Positions 9,622 to 19,604 of a stretch of 64,000 nt of DNA are shown in pieces. The first letter of the stretch is position 1, and each line of letters opens with the position of its first letter. The position numbers and the translations under genes were made by a program. This stretch comes from a virus: positions 1 through 64,000 of IMG/VR virus record IMGVR_UViG_3300021197_000864; one strand, 5' to 3'. The notes beneath the pieces were generated by a model, which was not told the DNA's origin, ran no database searches, and saw only the letters and a list, made by a program, of their open reading frames with translations.

Positions 9622-9933
9622 CTATGCGAAATTAACTGTGCAATTACCTGCTCCTGCATCAAATTCAACATAGCATCCTTGTGCTAATATTGCCCCATGT
9701 AAATCTTGCTCTAATGCTTTAGCAGTACCACCTGCATGCATATGAAGTCGCAATACTTCTTTTTTACCTGAAAGAGTGCTATTTGCACTGTCCCAAATTT
9801 TAATTGTGAATAATGCATTACTAGTAGAGGTCATGTGAACACTGACTAATCTGCATCTATCACTCGATACTAATGTTGATGAGGACAATACCCCACTAGT
9901 GTTACTACCTGAACCACTCATGCTTATTCCCAA
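9622..9933 (-). CDS. small beta-rich putative virion protein
   Basis: Gly/Ser-rich beta pattern, downstream of capsid genes. Confidence 0.5.
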   Translation of the reverse strand: MGISMSGSGSNTSGVLSSSTLVSSDRCRLVSVHMTSTSNALFTIKIWDSANSTLSGKKEVLRLHMHAGGTAKALEQDLHGAILAQGCYVEFDAGAGNCTVNFA

Positions 9934-9969
9934 TCATTGAAACAAGGGGTTGCCTTATCAATCTTCGGT

Positions 9970-10401
9970 TCATTCTTCTAAATCAGAAACAACTTTTTCT
10001 TTTTTAGTTTTTAGTGAATCTTTTTTAGCAGCGTTAACTAAATCCTCAAATTTAGTAGGCGTTTCTGCCTTTGGTTTAGAAATAGTCTTTTTCTTTGGTT
10101 TTGTTTTCTTTTTAGTAGGAAATAAAGTTTCTGCTACTTCTTCTGATGAACCTTGTAGATTAAATTCTTTCTTAATTAATCTTAATTCATTAGCCCCAAA
10201 GTTAGAAATAGCCTCTCTATCTTCACCTGTCAATTCGACTACTAGCCCTGCATCTCCTAGCATACCTACTGCAATTCCAACAGGTACTACACAATTAACA
10301 TCATGGCTTATTTGGTAAACTGTACCGCCTCTTCTTAGTAGAAGTGGGCCATCATGTTTTACTCTTTTCAATTTTACATTACTCATTTTCTTTTCCTCCA
10401 T
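9970..10401 (-). CDS. hypothetical protein, Lys-rich C-terminus
   Basis: ORF in head operon. Confidence 0.65.
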   Translation of the reverse strand: MEEKKMSNVKLKRVKHDGPLLLRRGGTVYQISHDVNCVVPVGIAVGMLGDAGLVVELTGEDREAISNFGANELRLIKKEFNLQGSSEEVAETLFPTKKKTKPKKKTISKPKAETPTKFEDLVNAAKKDSLKTKKEKVVSDLEE

Positions 10402-10403
10402 TA

Positions 10404-10444
10404 TAGTAATCTCATTCCCCTCAGTAAAGAAGGGAATAAGACTA
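10404..10444 (-). terminator. hairpin after capsid/decoration genes
   Basis: tctcattcccct ... aagggaataaga imperfect inverted repeat in intergenic gap. Confidence 0.4.
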
Positions 10445-10473
10445 CGTTATTATAATGGTATATATTTTCTATT

Positions 10474-10827
10474 TTAAAGGTTGCCCCATGCTCTTACTCG
10501 AACTGAACCACCGTTAGCATCATTAGCCAAAGTAGCGTTAGTACCATCTAATGCTGTAAACATAAGAGCAAAAGATGTTCCACTCTCATACGCACCTGCG
10601 GCACTAATTTCTACTAATGGTAACACTGCATTAGCATTGTCTGAACCTGTAATAGTTACGCAATGAAGTGATGAAAGGCCAAGAGCCGAAGCAGGGATTA
10701 CTGACCCTGCTGCGACTATTGACGTTACATCTATCAAAGCATCTACAACATATTCATCACCAACAGCCTTTGGAAGTGTAACTCCCTTATGGTCTGCAAG
10801 CAAAGTAACTGTATATGCTAAAGCCAT
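10474..10827 (-). CDS. putative capsid decoration protein
   Basis: 117 aa Ala/Gly/Val beta-rich protein immediately after major capsid gene. Confidence 0.55.
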   Translation of the reverse strand: MALAYTVTLLADHKGVTLPKAVGDEYVVDALIDVTSIVAAGSVIPASALGLSSLHCVTITGSDNANAVLPLVEISAAGAYESGTSFALMFTALDGTNATLANDANGGSVRVRAWGNL

Positions 10828-10836
10828 TCAAATCAC

Positions 10837-12213
10837 CTAAGCACTCTTAATGTTAGTAATCTTACCTTGACCCTTGAAGAAAGAACAGCAAGTTTCACCC
10901 ATTGTTCTGTACATTCCTTGGTTTCCAAGTTTACCGACACCGAATGGGTTTCCGTTAGTAATTCCATCCTCAAAGTATTGAGTTGGTTTCATAACAGATA
11001 GCCACATATGGTCTGTATCTAGGAACAGCATATCACTCAGTTCATTTGTTGAGTTACTACCAGTTGAAGGCATATCCTTTGCAGGGATTAGAGGGATATC
11101 AAAGTATGTTGCTACTCTAAATCCAACTTCTTGACCCTTTGCACCTTTTACACCATTATGTGTAGGAACAATCTCTTTCCTATCCATAAATCTTTCTTGG
11201 CTTTGTAGTAAGTCAGCAATGTGCTGAATAGTATCGTATCCTGTTAGAATACATTTTGGGTTTCCACCATTTTGACGGATTCTTCTAATCATACTATTAA
11301 TCATAGTGAGAGTTAGAACTCTAGCATCACCTGCTGCATATCCATCTCCAAAGTCAACCTCTGCATCCAAGAAAGAAGCAACACCTGTTGCAGCGTTACT
11401 ACTAATAGTAACACTTCTTGTTGTACCAAACAGATTAACTACATCTGCAACAACTGCGGAGTTATCTCCATTGTTTGCACCAGTAGTCAATAAGTTAGCA
11501 TTATACATAGCAGCGATTTCACCCGCAGAAGAAACAATCTTCATCAAAGAAGTATAGTTTCTTTCAATGTTTGTTGCTGTACCATCATCATATGATTCGT
11601 ATGGCATAACTAGCATTTTGCTTTGTGTTTCTGCATGATGCTTACCCATATCTTCTCTAACGATTGCACGAATGTCTCCGACACCATCATCAATAGCAGC
11701 CAATTCCATACCAAGTTCTGAGAACTCAAACAAATGAGCAACAGTTTTTGGACTTACGAATAATTTAGCGTATTCAGGTGAAAGTGGTCTAAACCCATTT
11801 GCACCGTCTAATGTTGCATTTTCTTCTACTCCACCAATTTGGTCTACTCTAGGTGCAGATAAATCAGCAGTGTTTGCAGCAACAGCAGTTGTTCCTGTTC
11901 CAAATGCAGAACCACTACCACCAGTAGGTCGGCTCTTTAGAACTCTCCATCCTGATGATGTGTAAGGTCTTTTTGCTAGAATTGAAAGAGGGTTAACCTC
12001 TTGGTTTAGCATTGACCATACTTTTTGTCCGTAAAGAACATTGTATAAATCTCCCAATCCACTTGCTGCACTAAACGGGTTTGATGCAGCGTCATGGGGC
12101 GTTCCGAATCCACCGACAACACCTGAACTCTTTAATAGAGCATTTCCGGCAGGGCCAGTTAATCCATAGGTTGCGGCTTCTAAATCTTTAATTGTGTTTG
12201 TGTATCCACTCAT
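10837..12213 (-). CDS. major capsid protein (HK97 fold)
   Basis: 458 aa after prohead protease; E-loop/P-domain-like KxxAHxFEFSE, YFDIPLIP; highly biased codons. Confidence 0.85.
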   Translation of the reverse strand: MSGYTNTIKDLEAATYGLTGPAGNALLKSSGVVGGFGTPHDAASNPFSAASGLGDLYNVLYGQKVWSMLNQEVNPLSILAKRPYTSSGWRVLKSRPTGGSGSAFGTGTTAVAANTADLSAPRVDQIGGVEENATLDGANGFRPLSPEYAKLFVSPKTVAHLFEFSELGMELAAIDDGVGDIRAIVREDMGKHHAETQSKMLVMPYESYDDGTATNIERNYTSLMKIVSSAGEIAAMYNANLLTTGANNGDNSAVVADVVNLFGTTRSVTISSNAATGVASFLDAEVDFGDGYAAGDARVLTLTMINSMIRRIRQNGGNPKCILTGYDTIQHIADLLQSQERFMDRKEIVPTHNGVKGAKGQEVGFRVATYFDIPLIPAKDMPSTGSNSTNELSDMLFLDTDHMWLSVMKPTQYFEDGITNGNPFGVGKLGNQGMYRTMGETCCSFFKGQGKITNIKSA

Positions 12214-12225
12214 CTTTTCTCACTC

Positions 12226-13422
12226 CTAAAACTTCCTCGCTAGATTATGAATATCTCCCCAACTCATAGAAGATAACTCTTCTGATGTTGCAGGGAAACC
12301 TTCAGGTAATCCAAACGAAACTTCTTTTGCTTTTGCGATTTCAGTATCTTTAGCAGATAATGATTTGCGTAGTTCAGCAAACTCTTCTTTTAATGCTGCT
12401 ACTTCGGTACGAGCATCATATTCTGCTCTCTCATTAGCAGACTTTCTTACAGCCTGTTCTGAAACAAATCTTGTTTCAAATTGTTTTGATAAGTTTTCAT
12501 AAGCAATCTTTTCTAATTGCTCTGCTTTGAATTGTTCATAAGCCTTTTCAACATTTTCAGCAGATAAATCTAGTGATTTAAATTCTGATGCATCCCATTC
12601 TTTAGATACTTTTAGAGGTGCAGGAGTTGCAGTTGGGTTACCATTTACTACTACTTCTTCACCTGCTTCTATATGTACTAAGTCTTGGTCATCTAATGCT
12701 TTTGCTTCTTCACCATCATCAAGAGCCATTTCCATCTCATCTTTCCCGTCTTCAGTAGCCATGTACTCCATGTCTTCTTCCATTGGGGCTTCCATCGTTT
12801 CTTCTTCCTTATTGAGAGAATTAACTTGTTTCATCAAGTCATTCAACTCCTCAAGGGCTTTTTCTAACTTTTCAGTCATATTTTTTTCACCTTTTTCTTC
12901 CTTTAATATATCAAATTTGGCTTCAGGATTAATTCCTTTTTCGCAAATTGTGACTTCGTGTAATTCAAGACCATCTATTTCATTATATTCACCTAAATCA
13001 TTTGATTTACGGCTTCTTTTAGAAATAGCCTGACCTCCTATGCTAAAAGAACGCAATGTTCCTTTTCTAATATTTCTAGATATTTCTTTTGCTTTTTCAA
13101 TATCATCTCTTAATTTAATAACAACATAAAATCCAACGTCATCTACGTGAGTCTTATGCACTAAACCATTTTTATCTCTATAAGAATCAATTACTTCTCC
13201 TACTTGTACATTAGAATGGTTAGACATTACATTTCTAAATTTTTTATTAACCATGAAGCCATCAACAGCCTCTTCTAATGCCTTAATAGTAATCAAATCA
13301 TTTTGTTTATCTATCATTTCTATTGAAGCATAACCACCAATAATTAAATCATCTGACTTTAGAATACTAAAATCACGTGCATCTTGATTAACAAGACGCA
13401 TTGGGGCAGACAGCATTAGCAA
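12226..13422 (-). CDS. prohead protease with C-terminal scaffold
   Basis: IGGYASIEMIDKQND, HSNxQVG, SFSIGG, EVTICEKGINPEA (HK97-type protease) plus acidic coiled-coil tail. Confidence 0.9.
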   Translation of the reverse strand: MLMLSAPMRLVNQDARDFSILKSDDLIIGGYASIEMIDKQNDLITIKALEEAVDGFMVNKKFRNVMSNHSNVQVGEVIDSYRDKNGLVHKTHVDDVGFYVVIKLRDDIEKAKEISRNIRKGTLRSFSIGGQAISKRSRKSNDLGEYNEIDGLELHEVTICEKGINPEAKFDILKEEKGEKNMTEKLEKALEELNDLMKQVNSLNKEEETMEAPMEEDMEYMATEDGKDEMEMALDDGEEAKALDDQDLVHIEAGEEVVVNGNPTATPAPLKVSKEWDASEFKSLDLSAENVEKAYEQFKAEQLEKIAYENLSKQFETRFVSEQAVRKSANERAEYDARTEVAALKEEFAELRKSLSAKDTEIAKAKEVSFGLPEGFPATSEELSSMSWGDIHNLARKF

Positions 13423-13448
13423 TATGTTTTTTTCAACGACTATATTAA

Positions 13449-16001
13449 CTAAGCGGTTTCAGATTCAGGTAAGTCTAATTTTTTATACCTGTCAAGTGTA
13501 ATATCCCATACTCCTTCATCTTCTTTAGTATCTAACATAGTTTGCTTTTTACCAGTCCATGTAACCCAAGTATCTTTACCATCTAAAGGTACAACCCTAA
13601 CATGTAATCTAGTATCAAACTTATCACCTTCTAGTTTATACTCATGATAACCATCCTTTTGTACTCCTAGTATTAATTTACCACTATCAATTACTTTACC
13701 TTCTTTAATACCCGATAAACTTATTTTAGCAGGAAACTTACCAGACTTACCAAATAAGTTATAAACATCAGATGTTGTTTCTATATCAAATAACCAAGCC
13801 ATACTTTTTTCTGATGTTTCAATAATAAAATCTAAATTATTATCCTCTCTTCTTTGAATTACAAAGTTTGCTTCTTTAGGATTTTTTTTTGGTTGCTTTT
13901 CTATTGTATCATTATTAGCCACAAAATTATCTTCTGTTTTATTATACACAATATCTTCTTGTCTAATTAACCATTTCTTTAATCTTTTCAAATCTGAATT
14001 AAAAGCAGTGCTTTCAAACTTATCCATATGATGTTCTTTAACAAACTCTACTATTTGTTCAAAAGTAACTGGCTCATCCATTTCTAATAATTTATTCTTT
14101 ATTGATAACCTCAACTCAGAACGCATACTTTTTATGGCTGCTTTCAAATCTTCTTTCCAAACATCAATATCATACAACGCCTTTTTCTCCATCAAGGTGT
14201 CACCACTAAAACCCATAATAGTAAATCCATCTAAATCATTTTTCAATAATATTTCTGCTTCACCATGTATATCATCAGTAATATACATCTTTTTGACACC
14301 TTTCAATCTATACTTAAATGGTTTATCTAAATCTTCCCAAATAGATTTTTTAGTTTTATCAGATAATAATTCTAAAGTTGCTAATTTATCAGATTCAGTA
14401 ACTTCAGGTATTTCAATTACTTTAGCAGAATACAAACTAAATCCTTCTTTAGTTTTCTTTACTTCATCAACCTTTACCCTAACTATTTCACCAACCTCAA
14501 CAGATTCTTTTGTATTCAACGCTTTCCCAACAGGAATATATGCTTTCTCTTTTAATTCCGTAGTTTTGTATTTTCTTGATTGTTCTGCGGTTACAGGCCC
14601 AATACCAATAGTATAAGAATATAAATCACTCTTAGTCTTTTTAGAATCTAATACTACAACATCTAAATCAACAAACTTTTTCCACTTAACCCATTTAGGA
14701 TTTTTTCTACTACCTATCTGATAAGTAGATTCTATATCTTTAATCACTACACCTTCTGACGCAGGTAGTTGCATTATAGTTTCAGAATAAGTACCTACTT
14801 CTTTGATAGAATCTGCTATCCTAGTATCTTTTTTAGACGGGAATGCTAAATCTTCTGAGGAATGTTGTGAATATTGATACATTAAAATATTAATTCTTTC
14901 TCTCAATGGTTCATCCATTAAATCTCTTTCTTCATGTCTCATTATATCAAATACATGGAGTCTAAGTTTTAATCCATCTACGGGTTTCTTGAACATATAA
15001 TTAATTACTGATGCTCTATGTAAAGGTTCTTCACCTCTAAATAACATTAGTTCTCCGTCTAATATACAATCTCCAAATTGTTTTTTATTTAATTGTTCTA
15101 CCTGTTCAGGACATTTATCAGTAATATCTTTTTGATTATAAGAATATATTTTTATCTTACCATCTATCTTGTGCAACTGAACCCTCATCCCATCATATTT
15201 TTCTTGGACAACATATTCACCACTAAAACCTTTTAATTGTTCCATATCATTTAATTCAAATATTCTATACATAGGTTTATTTGGAATTATAAAATTAATA
15301 TCTGCTTTTTCTTCTTCTGATTTAGTATCATCAGATTTTTTTATATTAATATCAACTAACTTATTCCATTGTACATTAGTATATTCTTCTAAAAATACTT
15401 TCTTTAAAAGAGACAACATACTACTAAACTTAGTTTTAATTCTCTTAGTATCTTTATTTTCACCATAGTGTTCAGAAATATATAATGGAATATCTTTAGA
15501 TTCTAAATCTAATCCCATAGCACCCTGAGTAATTTCATCAGGAAGAAGACCATGTTTTTCCCACGCCTCAGAAGGCAATGGAACATTGTGCGCTCTTAAT
15601 GCATAATGTATAAATGCAGCATATACACTATCATTAGATAGTAATGTATCTACTACATTATCACCTAACTGTTCTGCAAACGGGTCGCTTATTTCTTTAG
15701 ATTCAAATCTCAATGATTTAACCGCATCATATAATTTTTTTGCTTGCGTAGAAGTTACATCTTCTACCCTTTCATCAAATAAAATATCTTCATCCAAATG
15801 TTTTTTTAATAATCCTGTAAAAGCATCTAAAGAATCAAATTGAGTCCGTATAGACTTTACAGTTTTTTTCCATTTTTTACTGTATTCTTTTGGGTCTTCT
15901 AATGCAGATAAATATGAAAATCTAGTTCGCTCAAAAAAATCTAATACGCGCTTTGTTAGCACATCTTTTTTCTTTTCAAATACTATACCTGAAATTGACA
16001 T
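13449..16001 (-). CDS. ATP-dependent DNA ligase-like protein in head module, with extra N- and C-terminal domains
   Basis: EKYDGMR, LDGEL, FDIM, EGVVIKD, WVKWKK, OB domain; C-terminus resembles a degenerate LigD phosphoesterase. Confidence 0.85.
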   Translation of the reverse strand: MSISGIVFEKKKDVLTKRVLDFFERTRFSYLSALEDPKEYSKKWKKTVKSIRTQFDSLDAFTGLLKKHLDEDILFDERVEDVTSTQAKKLYDAVKSLRFESKEISDPFAEQLGDNVVDTLLSNDSVYAAFIHYALRAHNVPLPSEAWEKHGLLPDEITQGAMGLDLESKDIPLYISEHYGENKDTKRIKTKFSSMLSLLKKVFLEEYTNVQWNKLVDINIKKSDDTKSEEEKADINFIIPNKPMYRIFELNDMEQLKGFSGEYVVQEKYDGMRVQLHKIDGKIKIYSYNQKDITDKCPEQVEQLNKKQFGDCILDGELMLFRGEEPLHRASVINYMFKKPVDGLKLRLHVFDIMRHEERDLMDEPLRERINILMYQYSQHSSEDLAFPSKKDTRIADSIKEVGTYSETIMQLPASEGVVIKDIESTYQIGSRKNPKWVKWKKFVDLDVVVLDSKKTKSDLYSYTIGIGPVTAEQSRKYKTTELKEKAYIPVGKALNTKESVEVGEIVRVKVDEVKKTKEGFSLYSAKVIEIPEVTESDKLATLELLSDKTKKSIWEDLDKPFKYRLKGVKKMYITDDIHGEAEILLKNDLDGFTIMGFSGDTLMEKKALYDIDVWKEDLKAAIKSMRSELRLSIKNKLLEMDEPVTFEQIVEFVKEHHMDKFESTAFNSDLKRLKKWLIRQEDIVYNKTEDNFVANNDTIEKQPKKNPKEANFVIQRREDNNLDFIIETSEKSMAWLFDIETTSDVYNLFGKSGKFPAKISLSGIKEGKVIDSGKLILGVQKDGYHEYKLEGDKFDTRLHVRVVPLDGKDTWVTWTGKKQTMLDTKEDEGVWDITLDRYKKLDLPESETA

Positions 16002-16010
16002 TTAACCACT

Positions 16011-16769
16011 CTATTCGTGTAGATTAAACCCATATTTTCTTTCCATTTGAGCGCGGCCACCATGTTCAGCATCCATATAAGTTGTGCCTTCTAAACCTAA
16101 TTTTTTGACTAGTGCTTTTAGTTCTGAATATTCTTTTTCGTATCTAGCAAAATCAGAGTCCTTTTTAGGGCTAGAATTAAATTTTTCAAATGCTTCTATA
16201 AACTGAGCATCCAAATCTTCTAGTTCTCCTTTTGCAATACTATCCATTTCTAAACTTCTAACTAAATCTAATCCTTTTGCTACTGTTAATAGTCTCTTTA
16301 GCATAATTGCTTTACCCAAAGAATCGTGTAAATCACCAATCTGTTGAGTCAATCTTTGTTCGTCTTCTAATAGTTTTTTCTGCCTTCTACCTTGTGTTGC
16401 ATCAAATCCCATAGAATTTTTATCTGAACCTGTAATTTCTAATTCTTCTAGTTCAGTATTAACATCATCTAAATCTTTCTGCAATTCTCTAATTCTCATT
16501 TGTTTTTCTCTATCTCTTTCATCAGATAAGAAATCTTTCATTACTGATTTACCAACGTAACCATATCCTTCTTCACCAGTAGGATTTGCTATTTTTTCTT
16601 CTTTAGGATTTTTAGGAGGGCTTTTCAACTTAACTTCTTCACCCATAACATCTTGGTCATTAGCAACAGTAGTTCCATCATTAAATTCAGCCAAAACTTC
16701 TTTTGCTTTCAATATTGCTAGTTCAATCATTTTTTCTTCTTTTGTTACTCTTTCCGGCATTTTTTTCAC
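16011..16769 (-). CDS. coiled-coil hypothetical (putative internal head/scaffold protein)
   Basis: Multiple h-x-K-[ASG] sites; head module. Confidence 0.6.
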   Translation of the reverse strand: MKKMPERVTKEEKMIELAILKAKEVLAEFNDGTTVANDQDVMGEEVKLKSPPKNPKEEKIANPTGEEGYGYVGKSVMKDFLSDERDREKQMRIRELQKDLDDVNTELEELEITGSDKNSMGFDATQGRRQKKLLEDEQRLTQQIGDLHDSLGKAIMLKRLLTVAKGLDLVRSLEMDSIAKGELEDLDAQFIEAFEKFNSSPKKDSDFARYEKEYSELKALVKKLGLEGTTYMDAEHGGRAQMERKYGFNLHE

Positions 16770-16993
16770 CCCTCAATTCTTTCCACAATTTTGTGAATAT
16801 CATCCCAATCCATTTTAGATATTACATCACTTGAAGGAGCAGCACCATTTACCATAGCAGGTTTAGGAGATGTAGAAACTACAAATCCTGATTTCATTAA
16901 TAAATTATCTTGTCTATATACTGTATCTTCTAGTGCTTTCACTTTATCAACTAACTCTTTCATTAGCATAAGCATTTCATTTTCTTCACTCAT
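16766..16993 (-). CDS. small protein whose tail resembles the protease scaffold tail
   Basis: ISKMDWDDIHKIV versus LSSMSWGDIHNLA at end of protease. Confidence 0.65.
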   Translation of the reverse strand: MSEENEMLMLMKELVDKVKALEDTVYRQDNLLMKSGFVVSTSPKPAMVNGAAPSSDVISKMDWDDIHKIVERIEG

Positions 16994-17311
16994 TTAACCC
17001 CTCCTCTTTAATTTACCATCTGAATCAAATTGAAAGGATACTACTTCTGTACCATCTTTTTCTGCAACATCAATATAAAACCCGTCTCCATCAAGGCTCA
17101 ACTCTATTTTAAGAAAACGGCCAAGACCTGCCATTACCTCTCCACTATCAATATCTCCTTGTAATTGTTTTAATTTTTCTTCGGTATAATCGCTTTCATC
17201 AAATACATTCCTATTTAGGAAGTTATCTACTTCCTTTTCTAAAATCCCTATAAATGTTCTTATATCTCTTGCTACCTTACGTTCTTTCTTCAATGTCGTT
17301 TCCCAACTCAT
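16994..17311 (-). CDS. hypothetical, W-x-x-h-h-K tagged
   Basis: MSWETTLKK. Confidence 0.7.
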   Translation of the reverse strand: MSWETTLKKERKVARDIRTFIGILEKEVDNFLNRNVFDESDYTEEKLKQLQGDIDSGEVMAGLGRFLKIELSLDGDGFYIDVAEKDGTEVVSFQFDSDGKLKRRG

Positions 17312-17640
17312 TTCAAATCACCTTTCTTACTTGGATATACCATACTTCGTAACTGATTATACAAAGTCTCGTAATCCTTCCTTAGTTCTGCTGCTGACGC
17401 TACAATACTTAAGTTCTTTTCATCAAACCCATTTAATTTTTTAGTTAGTTTCTTATCACTTTTAATTAATTCAACTTTCTTCATCTCATCTATAAGAGTA
17501 GATAGTTTAGTTAAATCTTGACCAAAATATTCAGAAGGTTGAGTAGATTGAAGTAATTTCTTCAATTTCTTTTTTTCTTTAGGTTCTAGTTTTTCCAATA
17601 AACCACTATCTGCTTTTTGAAGTGTATATTGCCAACTCAT
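17308..17640 (-). CDS. hypothetical, tagged
   Basis: MSWQYTLQKA. Confidence 0.7.
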   Translation of the reverse strand: MSWQYTLQKADSGLLEKLEPKEKKKLKKLLQSTQPSEYFGQDLTKLSTLIDEMKKVELIKSDKKLTKKLNGFDEKNLSIVASAAELRKDYETLYNQLRSMVYPSKKGDLK

Positions 17641-17646
17641 TCTAAA

Positions 17647-18000
17647 TCACCTTTTCATTCTACTATCTATATCATAGCCAAATACTTTAGATTCTCTACC
17701 ATCATAAAACTCTTGAAACTCTTTTAAGAGTCTTGCAAGTTTTCTAATTTTAGATAGTTCAAACTCATCTTTTTCTCTTAGACCATCATTAGCCACTAAT
17801 AACGTATCTTCAAACTCATCTAATCCAACATCTCTAATTATATCTGCCAAAGCATCTCCAATATCACTTTGATATGGCGCTACACCATCTTCGCTGTTAC
17901 TTTTGTTTCCTTCCCTTTTTACTTTAACTCTATTAAACTCTGCATCTTCATCTTCAGGATAAGGATAATACTTATATTTAATTATATTTTTCCAACTCAT
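17647..18000 (-). CDS. hypothetical, tagged
   Basis: MSWKNIIK. Confidence 0.7.
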   Translation of the reverse strand: MSWKNIIKYKYYPYPEDEDAEFNRVKVKREGNKSNSEDGVAPYQSDIGDALADIIRDVGLDEFEDTLLVANDGLREKDEFELSKIRKLARLLKEFQEFYDGRESKVFGYDIDSRMKR

Positions 18001-19355
18001 TCTAAATCACCCATGACTTCTCTTAATATAGCAAACTTTTCAGGCAAAGACTCAACTTCAACAGTATGTACATCATTTCGTAAGAACGACTTATCTAAAG
18101 AGATTTCCCTTAATTCTGCTAAATAATACATAAATGCATATAATTCAGTAGTTCTTTTTAATTCCATACGATAATCTTCATCTTTTATATCTGCTACACC
18201 TATACTAACATCTTTAGGTAAACCTTCTTCATCAAACATAGGGTCAGGTTCAGCCAAGTAATAGGATTCTTTAGCCTCTTCATCATCTAGTAAATCACCA
18301 AGTCTTATTTCTATTGCATCAGCATAATCAATAATCTTAGACTCTTTCATTTCAGTAAATATTTTTACCTGTGATTTAGTAGCATCAGGATTCATTGCTT
18401 GTTTAATATCTGTTGCTACCTTTCTATAATTTAAATCTATAAACCCTCTTAATCGTTTTGTATCTCCAACTTTTATTTGTTCTAATTTAAATCCTTTCTT
18501 AGTAAATATTTCTTTCAACAATTCTATTCCTGTTTTACCAGAATACTCATCATTTAATACTTCTAACAATCTAACAGGGTGTCTACCTTGTTCATATTTA
18601 TCTAGAAATTTAAATACATTTTTTTGAGAAAATAGTCTGGACTCACTTTGTAATGTATCCAATTCACCTCTATAATTTTCTATTCTAGAGTCTTTACCAT
18701 ATCTATTAAGTAAATTAGTTAATGTGGAGATAAAAGAATAATCACTAGAAGAACCTCTTTCTTTTCTAGATAGTTGGTCTTCTAACTTATCGAGCGTAGA
18801 TATAGCAGTTTCTAATTTACTGAATATATTTTCATCGACTACAAACGCATCATAGATAGCCTTTTCATCTGAACCTTCTTCTAAATTTTCTACAAAATTA
18901 TCCAATTGTTGTTGATTTTCTTCTGAACGCATATCATCAGACATACCCGCTAATAAAAACATAGCAGCATTATCTTGTTTAATTTTTAGAATTTGTTTAA
19001 ACACTTTACGATGTGCTGTAATGGCTACAAATATTTTACTCATATCTATCTTAGGTTCTCTTACAGGTTCTCCTGAATCTCTAAAATTTTGTGAACCTAA
19101 TCTATTATATCCACCTGAAGCAGTCATCAAGTCATCAGATAAAGATTCTCGAAGCCTATCTTTCCAATTACCATCAGTAACTCTAACTACATTTTCCAAA
19201 TTGTTAACGAAGTTATCAGGAACTTTACTAGACAATAAATCTTTTACTTTAGGAGAAAATGTTTTTTTAATTTGGTCTAATACAAAAGCAGTTTTAGCCG
19301 TAGGCTCTTTATGACCGCGAATATCTGCTTTCAATAGTATAGACACACTTACCAC
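17997..19355 (-). CDS. hypothetical protein (452 aa)
   Basis: Long ORF, N-terminal ILLKA. Confidence 0.7.
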   Translation of the reverse strand: MVSVSILLKADIRGHKEPTAKTAFVLDQIKKTFSPKVKDLLSSKVPDNFVNNLENVVRVTDGNWKDRLRESLSDDLMTASGGYNRLGSQNFRDSGEPVREPKIDMSKIFVAITAHRKVFKQILKIKQDNAAMFLLAGMSDDMRSEENQQQLDNFVENLEEGSDEKAIYDAFVVDENIFSKLETAISTLDKLEDQLSRKERGSSSDYSFISTLTNLLNRYGKDSRIENYRGELDTLQSESRLFSQKNVFKFLDKYEQGRHPVRLLEVLNDEYSGKTGIELLKEIFTKKGFKLEQIKVGDTKRLRGFIDLNYRKVATDIKQAMNPDATKSQVKIFTEMKESKIIDYADAIEIRLGDLLDDEEAKESYYLAEPDPMFDEEGLPKDVSIGVADIKDEDYRMELKRTTELYAFMYYLAELREISLDKSFLRNDVHTVEVESLPEKFAILREVMGDLE

Positions 19356-19561
19356 TTATTTTCTGTATTTCTTTTTCTCTTTGGCATTAAAATTACGTCA
19401 GGAATATCATTGCTGTCAGGAATTTTCTTTTCTACTGTTCTAGACAAATCAATACCTACTGCATCTAAATCTCTATTCACTTCTACCTTACGCGCATTAT
19501 ACACTTTTGCTCTTGCTTCTGCTAGTTCTCTTTCTAATTGTCTTACACTTTTTTCAGTCAT
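19349..19561 (-). CDS. hypothetical protein
   Basis: AGGTGA RBS. Confidence 0.65.
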   Translation of the reverse strand: MTEKSVRQLERELAEARAKVYNARKVEVNRDLDAVGIDLSRTVEKKIPDSNDIPDVILMPKRKRNTENKW

Positions 19562-19604
19562 TTAATCACCTTTTTTTAAATATGCTAGAATAACAACTCC
19601 GGCA

